This document shows, one piece after another, positions 21,637-30,590 of a stretch of DNA of 64,000 nt; position 1 is the stretch's first letter, and every line of letters starts with the position of its first letter. The stretch is from Anaerolinea sp. (GTDB lineage: Bacteria > Chloroflexota > Anaerolineae > Anaerolineales > Anaerolineaceae). The notes beneath the pieces were generated by a model. The model saw only the letters and a program-made list of their open reading frames with translations, was not told the origin of the DNA and searched no databases. The translations under genes were made by a program, and so were the position numbers. The DNA is taken from NCBI GenBank assembly GCA_013824865.1, contig PNON01000005.1:9243-73242 (forward strand), read 5' to 3'.

Positions 21637-22421
21637 ATTCCCCAGTAACCCAACCCGATAGAACCTTTTACAACCGGAGTGATCAATTCTCCAATCCCCT
21701 CAATGCTGACTCGAACTACATCTCCATCCGCCAATGTCCCAACGCCCGCAGGTGTGCCAGTTAAGATAACATCTCCCGACTCCAGTGTCATGATGGATGA
21801 AATAAATGCCACCAATTGATGTGGAGAAAATGTCATATCCCGCGTGGATGCCATCTGGCGTAATTGTCCATTGATGTGTGTGGTAATCAATGCATCAAAT
21901 GGATTGAAATCCGTCTCAATCCATGGACCCAGTGGGCAGAATGTGTCAAACCCTTTCGCGCGTGTCCACTGCCCATCAGCTTGCTGTATATCACGTGCTG
22001 TTACATCGATCGCGATGGAAAATCCCAAAATATGCTCTCTGACTTGGTCGGTGGGGATCCAACGTCCCTGTTTACCAATTACTATCGCCAGTTCGCCTTC
22101 ATATTCCACCTGATTGGATTGCGGTGGCAATTCTATCGGCTTCCCCGGTCCAATCACCGCTGTGGGCGGTTTCATGAATAGGATTGGGGTCTTTGGCGAT
22201 TCGGATTTCATTTCTACAGCATGTTCTGGGAAGTTCTTCCCGACACACACTATCTTGCCAGGTATGACCGGCGCTAACAGTTGTACCCTTTCTAGTGGAT
22301 ATTCCGCTTGCAGGCGTTGGTATCCACAGAATGGTGAACCATCCATGCGCCCAATGACATTATCTTGCTTCCATCCATATTGTGGTGCCAGCTCCCTGGT
22401 TTGAAACCTGACAATCTGCAT
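21633..22421 (-). CDS. fumarylacetoacetate hydrolase (FAH) family protein
   Basis: 262 aa, with the FAH-fold signature GKNFPEHAVEM...EGELAIVIGK...DVTARD...KGFDTFCPLGPW. Confidence 0.85.
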   Translation of the reverse strand: MQIVRFQTRELAPQYGWKQDNVIGRMDGSPFCGYQRLQAEYPLERVQLLAPVIPGKIVCVGKNFPEHAVEMKSESPKTPILFMKPPTAVIGPGKPIELPPQSNQVEYEGELAIVIGKQGRWIPTDQVREHILGFSIAIDVTARDIQQADGQWTRAKGFDTFCPLGPWIETDFNPFDALITTHINGQLRQMASTRDMTFSPHQLVAFISSIMTLESGDVILTGTPAGVGTLADGDVVRVSIEGIGELITPVVKGSIGLGYWGI

Positions 22422-22454
22422 AGGTTTACCTTGATCCTCTCGTCAGGTTAATTA

Positions 22455-22484
22455 TTCCATGAAACCATGTTTTTGGGTTATAAT
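22455..22484 (+). promoter_or_regulatory. candidate promoter for tRNA-Val
   Basis: TTCCAT, 18 nt, TATAAT (22479-22484). The tRNA 5' end lies 11 nt downstream of the -10. Confidence 0.4.
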
Positions 22485-22494
22485 TTCATCTCTC

Positions 22495-22568
22495 GGGCGG
22501 GTAGCTCAGTTGGTTAGAGCACATCTCTTACACAGATGTGGTCGCAGGTTCGAGTCCTGTTCCGCCCA
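22495..22568 (+). tRNA. tRNA-Val (anticodon TAC)
   Basis: Hand-folded cloverleaf: acceptor GGGCGGG/TCCGCCC, D-arm GCTC/GAGC, anticodon stem CATCT/AGATG with loop CTTACAC (TAC), T-arm GCAGG-TTCGAGT-CCTGT, discriminator A. CCA is not encoded. Confidence 0.9.
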
Positions 22569-22575
22569 CTAAAAT

Positions 22576-22608
22576 AAATCGTTCCGTATACAAAGGAACG
22601 ATTTTTCG
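22576..22608. terminator. bidirectional intrinsic terminator (tRNA-Val on +, 322-aa gene on -)
   Basis: A perfect 10-bp stem, AAATCGTTCC-gtatacaaa-GGAACGATTT, is followed by TT(T)CG. A-rich sequence upstream gives a U-tract on the other strand. Confidence 0.7.
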
Positions 22609-22624
22609 ATTCTAATTGAAGATC

Positions 22625-23593
22625 CTATTTACTACGGTCCAGATAATCCTGCCACAAGATCGCCAGTTTTTGTTCGGTCGTCAGCTCATCTGCAGGATCA
22701 GGCGTAGTGTCGCCATCACCAGGTGTTGTTGGATCGGGAGGTGTGGTTGGAGTAGTCGTCACAGGAACAATCTCACGCGTCCAAATGCTTTGAAAGAGGG
22801 TTTTTCGGATATCCATACTCCCCTCAAGGCCAGGGCCATATTTCTTATCCGGGTCCCAGCAGTACCACATATGCGCATTGATATCTGTCTGCATCAAGGA
22901 GGTGTAATACTCGTTGACTGCTTTTGGTTTGAATCTATAAGTGCCTATGCCATAAAAATAGACTACTGGTATATAATTTTGCACATTGAGGTTGTTCCAA
23001 AACAAATATGACCTCACCAACCCAGTATATGGCCTCTCTTCTGGATTCCAGAACACATTCCCGAGAGTAAAGTTGGACCGAGAAATGAATTCTTTAAGTA
23101 TTCCCACCGGCACTGAAGAATCCCCCCAGAATCCAATTTGCATTCCGCAAGCTTTGATTGCTTCCATATATACAATGGCACTATTAACTGTCCGCTTGGT
23201 GTAGTCAGAGGTAATACGAACAATAATGCCGCCAAGGGCGCTTCGGTCAGTTAAATAGGCAAACCTCTTTAAGAACAGCTTGGCTTCCGTGGCTGGGTCG
23301 GACCCAATGATGTTATTGACCAGGAATATCTTCACACCGGGAGTTTTGGAATATTTCAGGAGCTTATTGATATTGTAATATTCTGGCCTGCCCGTTTTAC
23401 GCATGGTGGCTGCATCCATCGCGTTTGCTTTCGCCAATCCGTTCATAAACTCCAGGGCGATCCAATTGCAGTTAATTTTCTTGCCTTCTGGGTTGTCCTG
23501 ATCGCCGATGGCATATTTGGGGATCGATATGATGTCACCATTTCTGGCATTCATCATGTTGCGAAGGTAAATTCCATTCTTTTCGGGAATCAT
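22625..23593 (-). CDS. hypothetical protein (orphan, with a Pro/Thr-rich linker near the C-terminus)
   Basis: 322-aa ORF with clearly lower GC than its neighbours and no signal peptide seen. Alternating beta/alpha-like segments suggest a possible TIM-barrel hydrolase, but no motif was recognised. The linker is VPVTTTPTTPPDPTTPGDGDTTPDPAD, followed by a 20-aa helix. Confidence 0.6.
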   Translation of the reverse strand: MIPEKNGIYLRNMMNARNGDIISIPKYAIGDQDNPEGKKINCNWIALEFMNGLAKANAMDAATMRKTGRPEYYNINKLLKYSKTPGVKIFLVNNIIGSDPATEAKLFLKRFAYLTDRSALGGIIVRITSDYTKRTVNSAIVYMEAIKACGMQIGFWGDSSVPVGILKEFISRSNFTLGNVFWNPEERPYTGLVRSYLFWNNLNVQNYIPVVYFYGIGTYRFKPKAVNEYYTSLMQTDINAHMWYCWDPDKKYGPGLEGSMDIRKTLFQSIWTREIVPVTTTPTTPPDPTTPGDGDTTPDPADELTTEQKLAILWQDYLDRSK

Positions 23594-23746
23594 AGTTGCT
23601 CCTGAGAACAGTCAAGATTACGTGCAAATCATAAGTGCTGAAAAATACTGTGATTTGCACAGACTCTATGTTGCAACTATTCTGCCAATTAATTTATAAC
23701 AGTGAGGACAGCTTGCAGCCATCCACTTATTAATGTGTATTATTTA

Positions 23747-26700
23747 TTATTGAAAGATGAAATGCATCAGGCGCATATTGGCTCCATCGCTCACCCAAAC
23801 ATTTCCCTGGTTATCAATCGCAATTCCAGAAGCCAATCCAAAACCATCCGTCTCCGGGCTATATTCTCCCCAGGAGCGGAAAATGCTGCCGTCCGGGTTA
23901 AATTCCAATACTCGATACCCTTCCGGGTCCACCACATAGATATGTCCATTGTTATCCACCGAGACGAATGGTTTATTCTCCAATGATTGGCCATCCCAGG
24001 CGGTAACATCCCAGCTATTCACCACCGAGAAAAGATTGGCCGACTCATCCGCCGCAAAAACCTGGATGCGCTGATTCCACGTATCCGCCACATAAATTTT
24101 GCCATCCCGATCACCCCACACCCCGACTGGCTCATCAAACTGACCCGGCTCTAGTCCATAGCTGCCAAATTGTGTAATATAGGCGCCAGTGGCGTCAAAT
24201 ACAACAATCCGCTTATTTCCTGTATCCGCAACATATACACGATTCAGATTGTCCACAAAAATTCCGCGTGGACCCCAGAAGGCATCCGGTTTCTCAGCCT
24301 GGCCAAAGTAACCCCACATAGTAATGAAGTTGCCCTGTGCGTCAAATTTTTGCACCCGGTGGTTCCAGGTGTCGGTTACATAGACAGATCCATCCAGCCC
24401 AACTGCCACGCCCCAGGGTTCATTAAATGTCCCTCCAGCTGCTGCGCCTTGCGCTGTGTCCGCGAAGCTGCCCCAGGCTCCTAACACACTTCCATCCGCT
24501 GCCAGGTGCTGAATCCGGTGATTACGCGAATCCGCGACATACAGACTGTCATCTTTAGCTACCGCCACCGCCCTGGGTGCATCAAATAACCCGGGTTCTT
24601 TCCCCGGACCTCCAATTACAATGTCCGGTTTAAAAACAGTTTTAACAGACTCATAAGGATCTATTTCTTCCACCACAACCGCTGGTGCAAGCCCCAGATT
24701 CCAGATTTTCGATGCGATATCTTTATTAATATAAAGTTTCAATCGTTCAGCTGGCTCCCAGGTTTCCGTGGTTAGCATATTGTTTCCGGTGGCCTCTGCA
24801 TAGAGTCTGTAGTCATGGTTCAGCCAGATGTCAAATATACCTGCGCGAATCTTGGGATCAGTGATCGCGTTCTTGATTCGCTCCCAGGTGAGGTTGTAAT
24901 AATCCTGATTCGGCCACCACAGGCGCATATATTCAAAGCTGTAAAAGTTTTTTTCCAGAATTGGTTCTACTTTGGAATAGTTGGGGTTGCCAACAATGAC
25001 GATCGATGCATCCCGTAGAGTTTTCGAAGGTTGCTCGCCAAAGTAATCCAGATTGGGGTAATCCCTGAAATACCACCAGTATGGATACAGAGAAGAGTTA
25101 TCATAAGCGACTTTCAGGTTCTTTCCGCCCGCTATCCGTTCTGAAATCTCTTCAACCTGCTCTAAAACATCCTTGGGACCACGAGCTGCATGCGCGTAAA
25201 CCAGGTATTCTTTGGCTGTGTCATAATTTATATAATTCGCCATGTAGGCAGACCGGCTGGTAAGGATCACCAGGGCTGTTAATATGATCACCCCAAAAAG
25301 CTGTCCGTACTGAAATTCCCTCCACCGAACCACCATATAGTATAGACCCCATAGAGATGCGAACAGGAACAATATTGCGAAGATGAACGCTGTGGTGGCG
25401 GAAAGCTGCTCCATCGTCTTCCCGGAAAATGGTGCTGTTGGAGACATAATAGCAGCACCTGCCCTGGCAGCCGCTACAGCCAGCAGTATGAGCAGGGAAA
25501 CGACCATCGCTCCTCTTGTTGAAACAACTTGAGCCCAGTTGATTTTTTCAACGAACATGCCAAAGGATACGCCTGCCAGCAAGATCATCGGCCAGGCGAT
25601 GTGGACGGTCAGCCAAGGCATTCTCTCGCCAGCGTATGTATATGCGCCGAGAGCTGTAACCACCCAAAAAATTAATATCGCCAGGATAAATAGGGGAGTA
25701 ATGGGTTGATGTTGTTGAAAACCACCGGTTTCCATATTGTCTTCAGCCTGGATTTCGATCTTATCGGGCTGGTTAACCATCTTCTTGATGGCATAAAAGA
25801 CCCCTAATAAACTGCCAATGGCTGGCAGATACTCGTACATGGGAATTTGTACCAGCGCGTAGTAATAGAGCGGTTGGCTCCCTCGCTGAACTGCTTGTTG
25901 ATCCAGCCAGTAACCCAGTGAACCAATGATTCCGGTAAAGAATCCCTGCCCATTTGTGAAAATAGTTGTGTAGAGGACAATGTAGATCCCATAAAATAGC
26001 GCTGCAGATTTTAACCAGGTTGCAGGTCTCCACCACATACCAATCAACGTGGAAAGACTAAACACTACCCCAAGGACAATCCCAGTCCGCAGCATTCCTT
26101 CGGATGAGTAATCCAATGGATTCCAGCCCATTAGTTTAACCGGTAAGGCACTTAACTGCGGCAGGACCAAGGTTCCCACCAGGAAGAGAAGGTCAAAGCT
26201 GCGTTCCTGGCGGATGGCAGTTAACCCCAGCCCGCGGATCAACTGGTAGGCAGCAAAACCAATCCCCACCAGGGCAAGACCGATCAGGATAAAGGGCAGA
26301 GATGCATAGATAAATGGTTTGGTGACCGTTGCAACAATTGCAGCATCCACCCCCTGAGCGGTGTTATCTCCCAACAGGAGCAACCCCAGCGAAAAGATGA
26401 TCAACATACCCGCAATTAACAGGCTAAACAGAAAAGAATTTTTCCGGTGCTCCTCGTTCCATGCACGGGTATACAATCTCTGGATAAACATGAAAAGCAG
26501 AAATAACAACAGCTGGGCAGTATATATGAAAGCTGTTTCTTTGGTTGCAAACTGGAGAGAAAATACTCCCGCAAGGATGAATAAAAACAGGTTTTCGCCC
26601 TCTTCGAGGTATCGCAAAACGGCATAGATTGTGATCACCCCCCACAATGCGACGAAAGCCTCATTGCGAGTATAGCGCCCATAGAACAGCATGAATGGTG

Positions 26701-27109
26701 ATATCAGCATGAATAGGCCAGCCAGCAAAGCACCCACTCTTCCAAAATATCTGCGGAATTTCCAGGTCATCATCACCGTGGCAATCGAGAACAGGGCGGC
26801 AGGTATGCGGGAAGTAAAATCGTTATCCCCCAGCAGGGTATAACTGAGCGCCACCAAATGGAATTGCATAGGTCCGTGGGTCACTGGGTCATGACGGTAG
26901 CCCTGCCCGGTATACAATTCCCACGAAGGTCGCACATGGTTCACTTCATCGTGGCTCATTACACGTTCACCCAGGATGGCAAAGCGGCTGATTATGGCCA
27001 GAATGATAATCGCGAGGAAGATCGCTTTTTCCACAGTGAGATTTGCTAAAGGTGATGGAATTTTATGGTCTAGCCAGGAAGCATTTTTGTTTTCAGAGGT
27101 TTCAATCAT
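23747..27109 (-). CDS. polytopic GT-C-type glycosyltransferase (TIGR03663/PMT-like) fused to a C-terminal NHL-repeat beta-propeller
   Basis: 1120 aa. The N-terminal motif is MSHDEVNHVRPSWELYTGQGYRHDPVTHGPMQFHL, and there are many TM helices. The C-terminal ~300 aa hold six NHL-like blades: YVADSRNHRIQHL, YVTDTWNHRVQKF, YVADTGNKRIVVF, YVADTWNQRIQVF, YVVDPEGYRVLEF, WVSDGANMRLMHF. Confidence 0.8.
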   Translation of the reverse strand: MIETSENKNASWLDHKIPSPLANLTVEKAIFLAIIILAIISRFAILGERVMSHDEVNHVRPSWELYTGQGYRHDPVTHGPMQFHLVALSYTLLGDNDFTSRIPAALFSIATVMMTWKFRRYFGRVGALLAGLFMLISPFMLFYGRYTRNEAFVALWGVITIYAVLRYLEEGENLFLFILAGVFSLQFATKETAFIYTAQLLLFLLFMFIQRLYTRAWNEEHRKNSFLFSLLIAGMLIIFSLGLLLLGDNTAQGVDAAIVATVTKPFIYASLPFILIGLALVGIGFAAYQLIRGLGLTAIRQERSFDLLFLVGTLVLPQLSALPVKLMGWNPLDYSSEGMLRTGIVLGVVFSLSTLIGMWWRPATWLKSAALFYGIYIVLYTTIFTNGQGFFTGIIGSLGYWLDQQAVQRGSQPLYYYALVQIPMYEYLPAIGSLLGVFYAIKKMVNQPDKIEIQAEDNMETGGFQQHQPITPLFILAILIFWVVTALGAYTYAGERMPWLTVHIAWPMILLAGVSFGMFVEKINWAQVVSTRGAMVVSLLILLAVAAARAGAAIMSPTAPFSGKTMEQLSATTAFIFAILFLFASLWGLYYMVVRWREFQYGQLFGVIILTALVILTSRSAYMANYINYDTAKEYLVYAHAARGPKDVLEQVEEISERIAGGKNLKVAYDNSSLYPYWWYFRDYPNLDYFGEQPSKTLRDASIVIVGNPNYSKVEPILEKNFYSFEYMRLWWPNQDYYNLTWERIKNAITDPKIRAGIFDIWLNHDYRLYAEATGNNMLTTETWEPAERLKLYINKDIASKIWNLGLAPAVVVEEIDPYESVKTVFKPDIVIGGPGKEPGLFDAPRAVAVAKDDSLYVADSRNHRIQHLAADGSVLGAWGSFADTAQGAAAGGTFNEPWGVAVGLDGSVYVTDTWNHRVQKFDAQGNFITMWGYFGQAEKPDAFWGPRGIFVDNLNRVYVADTGNKRIVVFDATGAYITQFGSYGLEPGQFDEPVGVWGDRDGKIYVADTWNQRIQVFAADESANLFSVVNSWDVTAWDGQSLENKPFVSVDNNGHIYVVDPEGYRVLEFNPDGSIFRSWGEYSPETDGFGLASGIAIDNQGNVWVSDGANMRLMHFIFQ

Positions 27110-27302
27110 ATGTCATCTCTACGCTGGTTTTTGGATTTCATCTATTTTATCCCACACAGCACAATGCCGCAAAGACTCAAGATGTTATTATCAATAAAAA
27201 GATATCCAACTTATATCATTATACAAATGAAATCATCAGTAACTCGCCCTCACAAACCAGAATTACCCATAACCGTCATTTCATTTTCTGCGACAATTTA
27301 AA

Positions 27303-27331
27303 TTGACATAAAACCCAAGCCAATCTAAACT
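27303..27331 (+). promoter_or_regulatory. candidate promoter giving a leaderless comM mRNA
   Basis: TTGACA (27303-27308), 17 nt, TAAACT (27326-27331), 6 nt, then the ATG at 27338. There is no Shine-Dalgarno sequence upstream of the ATG. Confidence 0.4.
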
Positions 27332-27337
27332 TATTTC

Positions 27338-28882
27338 ATGCTTGCACGAGTATTTTCCTGCGCAGTTATCGGCTTGGACGGGGTTATCGTTGAAGTCGAA
27401 GTGGATACCGGCGGCGGCAATGGCTTGCCTGCTGTAGTCATTGTCGGTCTGCCGGATGCCTCTGTCCAGGAGAGTAGAGAGCGCGTGCTGTCTGCCATCA
27501 AAAATTCCGGCCTGTTTTATCCCCGCAAACGTATCACGGTAAATTTAGCACCAGCGTCCGTCCGCAAGGAAGGTCCCGCCTATGATTTACCCATCGCTCT
27601 GGGTGTGATCATCGCTGCAGATGAACTGGACGGTCACTGCCTGAATAGCACAGTAGTTTTGGGTGAACTCTCGCTGGATGGAGCGGTACGCCACGTACGT
27701 GGCGTCCTGCCCATGGTGGCTGTCGCCCGCCGCGAAGGCTACCGCCAGGTAATCGTCCCATTTGTAGACGCTCCCGAAGCCGCACTTATCCCGGATATGG
27801 AAGTAATTCCGGTCAATAACCTGAAAGAGCTCTTCCTCCATTTAAAGAACATCAAACCCCTTAAACCGTTCCCGCCGGTCAACCCGGAAGACCTGCCCGT
27901 GCAGGTGCAAACTGATTTTCGGGAGATCAAAGGTCAGGAACATGTGAAACGCGCGCTCGAGGTGGCGGCATCCGGCGGCCATAATGTGCTGATGATCGGC
28001 CCGCCTGGTGTAGGCAAGACCTTACTTGCTCGCGCTTTACCAGCCATTTTACCTAAAATGACCATCGAAGAAGCGTTGGATGTGACTCAGGTATATTCAG
28101 TGGCCGACCAGCTCCCGCCGGATGTGCCACTCATTCGTAATCGCCCATTTCGTGCTCCGCATCACACCATCTCGCATGCCGGTCTGGTTGGCGGCGGTAA
28201 CTGGCCGCATCCGGGCGAGGTATCATTGGCACACCGGGGTGTGCTTTTCCTGGATGAACTGCCGGAATTCGGTACCCGTGTGCTGGATGTACTTCGCCAA
28301 CCAATTGAAGACAAGGTGGTCACCATCAGCCGCGCGCAGGGGTCGCTCACCTTTCCTGCCAATTGCCAATTGATTGCAGCAATGAATCCGTGCCCCTGCG
28401 GCTACTATGGAGACCCTGTCCGCGCGTGCACCTGTTCCAATAGCACAGTTTCCAAATATCAGAAACGTGTTTCAGGTCCATTGCTGGATCGGATTGATAT
28501 CCATATTCAAGTCCCACGCGTGGAATTTGAAAAGTTGAACGATGATCGGCTGGGGGAATCCAGCAGCGTAATTCAGACCCGGGTGGAAGCCGCCCGCCAA
28601 GTTCAACGGGATCGATTTATGGTGGAAGGTAAACCAACCCGGCATGCCTCGCTGTGCAATGCAGATATGACCACTGGAGAAGTTCGCAAATATTGCACCC
28701 TGGACGAAACCGGCAGGGGGCTGATGAAATCGGCCACCAATCAATTACAACTCACAGCGCGCTCATACCACCGTATTCTGAAACTTGCCCGGACTATCGC
28801 AGACCTGGCTTCTGCAGTTGATATCCAGCCGGTACATCTCGCGGAAGCACTGCAATATCGTCCCAGGATTGATTATTTATAA
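27338..28882 (+). CDS. comM: YifB/ComM-family Mg-chelatase-like AAA+ ATPase
   Basis: 514 aa. The N-terminus MLARVFSCAVIGLDG is followed by a Lon-like domain. It has Walker A GPPGVGKT, Walker B VLFLDELPEF, and a C-terminal ComM domain. Confidence 0.9.
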   Translation: MLARVFSCAVIGLDGVIVEVEVDTGGGNGLPAVVIVGLPDASVQESRERVLSAIKNSGLFYPRKRITVNLAPASVRKEGPAYDLPIALGVIIAADELDGHCLNSTVVLGELSLDGAVRHVRGVLPMVAVARREGYRQVIVPFVDAPEAALIPDMEVIPVNNLKELFLHLKNIKPLKPFPPVNPEDLPVQVQTDFREIKGQEHVKRALEVAASGGHNVLMIGPPGVGKTLLARALPAILPKMTIEEALDVTQVYSVADQLPPDVPLIRNRPFRAPHHTISHAGLVGGGNWPHPGEVSLAHRGVLFLDELPEFGTRVLDVLRQPIEDKVVTISRAQGSLTFPANCQLIAAMNPCPCGYYGDPVRACTCSNSTVSKYQKRVSGPLLDRIDIHIQVPRVEFEKLNDDRLGESSSVIQTRVEAARQVQRDRFMVEGKPTRHASLCNADMTTGEVRKYCTLDETGRGLMKSATNQLQLTARSYHRILKLARTIADLASAVDIQPVHLAEALQYRPRIDYL

Positions 28883-29098
28883 TTCTCAGGATACAACTGT
28901 CACAGGACTCTTCATACAACGATATGAAATTACTGGAATTGGCAGGGCTACATTGGATACCTTATAAATAACCTCTATCCAACTGACGATGAATTTATTC
29001 GTGTGGATTCAGCCAGTATAATCATATCCCACACCCCGGTATTCAGCAGGTATTGTCAGACTTTGAAATAATATACTAACTCGCAGAAAGATGGTCTC

Positions 29099-29956
29099 GT
29101 GGCTGATCCTACCACCCCTCAAAAATATCAACACTCTCTAGGCTCATTTGAGTTAGAGTCTCCCCTCAAGAAGCTCCGCTGGTCAAGCTCCAGCACACTA
29201 TTCCTTAGCGTGATACTTTCGGTTATAGCCCTGGTCATCATCGTGTGGTGGCCACTGGTGGAAGATTATGCCCGCTACTTCGATTCGCGCTTCCCACTTT
29301 GGATGCAGATCGATTGGCTGCTGGTGGGTATCTTTCTTTTTATGTCGATTCTCATCACCATCGGTGCGGATCTCCGTAAAGATGCGATTCTGGTTGTGGT
29401 CGGTTTGATTGGCGGTTTCTTGATCGAATCATGGGGAACGCACACGGGGCTGTGGGCATATTACACCGGCGAAAAACCGCCCCTGTGGATCCTGCCAGCC
29501 TGGCCCATTGCCGCACTGGCGATCGAACGTATGGCAAGGCTAGCAGGTATCATCCGTCTACGTATTTCTGAACAGCTGGAGAAGGCATTATATACCCTGG
29601 TTTTCGGGGGATTTATAATTTATATGTTGGCTTTCATCCGGCCAACCTTAGCCCATCCATTCACAATTCTAGCCTTTGCCGGGGTAATGATTGTCAGCCT
29701 ATCATCGGGCAATCGACGATATGACTTGGTTACATTTATTTCCGGAGCTGCGTTGGGTTACTTCCTGGAAACCTGGGGTACCACCAGGGAATGCTGGACC
29801 TATTACACCCTGCAAAAACCACCATTTTTCGCCATCCTGGCACACGGACTCGCCTCGGTCGCTTTCTGGCGATTGACTAAACTGGGTGAAAGTATATTGA
29901 AAGTTCTGGTTCTAAAAGTATTAAACCGACAGTACAACAATCCCGCCCACAGATAA
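29099..29956 (+). CDS. hypothetical polytopic membrane protein with internal duplication
   Basis: 285 aa with a GTG start. The two halves share the motif GGFLIESWGTHTGLWAYYTGEKPPLWILPAWP / LGYFLETWGTTRECWTYYTLQKPPFFAILAHG. About 7-8 hydrophobic helices are present. Confidence 0.55.
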   Translation: MADPTTPQKYQHSLGSFELESPLKKLRWSSSSTLFLSVILSVIALVIIVWWPLVEDYARYFDSRFPLWMQIDWLLVGIFLFMSILITIGADLRKDAILVVVGLIGGFLIESWGTHTGLWAYYTGEKPPLWILPAWPIAALAIERMARLAGIIRLRISEQLEKALYTLVFGGFIIYMLAFIRPTLAHPFTILAFAGVMIVSLSSGNRRYDLVTFISGAALGYFLETWGTTRECWTYYTLQKPPFFAILAHGLASVAFWRLTKLGESILKVLVLKVLNRQYNNPAHR

Positions 29957-30343
29957 TAGTATCCCGATCATTATTTTGGCTGTTATTGGTTCCCCGGCAA
30001 AAATCATGCCCATTAATGCTCCGAACAAGGGGGCTGTGAAAGCGATGGGCATAACCTGGGTAAGCGGAGCCCCTTTTAAAGCTGTATAGAAACACAACCT
30101 CCCCACAGCTCCGGCTATCACCCCGCCTCCTATGACCATATAAAACAACGCTTTCGTCCCTGCCTGAGGTATCATCTTCCACTGCGGGTAGCTGACCACA
30201 GCCAATATGATGAGCGCATTAAAGGTGCGAATGGTAATGCCCATCTGTGGAGACAGGTTGCCCAGGTGCAACCCTTTTTTCTCAAAATAACCCCCCACCC
30301 CCCAGGCAATGGCAGTCAAGAGTGCGAAAAGTTGCGGTTTCAT
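29921..30343 (-). CDS. small EamA-like (half-size DMT) transporter
   Basis: 140 aa with 4-5 TM helices. The N-terminus LFALLTAIAWGVGGYFEKKG is typical of a single EamA domain. Its convergent 36-nt overlap with the previous gene makes one of the two ends uncertain. Confidence 0.7.
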   Translation of the reverse strand: MKPQLFALLTAIAWGVGGYFEKKGLHLGNLSPQMGITIRTFNALIILAVVSYPQWKMIPQAGTKALFYMVIGGGVIAGAVGRLCFYTALKGAPLTQVMPIAFTAPLFGALMGMIFAGEPITAKIMIGILLSVGGIVVLSV

Positions 30344-30524
30344 TTAACCTCCGGGTATTTCAATTTTGTTTCCATTATATACAAGAAGGTCAGATTGACC
30401 TACGCCTGGATCGCTTATTGAGGGGGCATCTAAATGAGGCTCGTGCTACATCCAGGGAATTCCACTCACACGTCAGGGGAAGATGGAGGATTATACACAA
30501 ATAATGTTTTGTTGAAAAAAACAC

Positions 30525-30553
30525 TTGAATTTTGCATATTAAGTGGTTATAAT
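30525..30553 (+). promoter_or_regulatory. Pmra-like promoter of the dcw cluster
   Basis: TTGAAT (30525-30530), 17 nt, TATAAT (30548-30553), about 80 nt upstream of mraZ. Confidence 0.6.
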
Positions 30554-30590
30554 GTGGACATAAATGGATTAATGTGGGTTAAAGTGGAAC
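30541..30590 (+). promoter_or_regulatory. array of five phased A-rich/(G)TGG direct repeats: candidate MraZ operator
   Basis: The repeats are aaGTGG, aatGTGG, aaaTGG, aatGTGGG and aaaGTGG. Their TGG cores end at 30546, 30557, 30567, 30577 and 30587 (spacing 11, 10, 10, 10). The array overlaps the -10 and the start of the transcript. Confidence 0.55.

Noticed and set aside
22495-27337. Possible genomic island integrated at tRNA-Val (low-GC orphan plus the large GT-C/NHL gene).
   Set aside because: No direct repeat of the tRNA 3' half was seen downstream (checked the spacers at 23594-23746 and 27110-27337 by eye). There is no integrase, and the GT-C/NHL gene has native-looking composition. Only the single orphan gene is kept as a finding.
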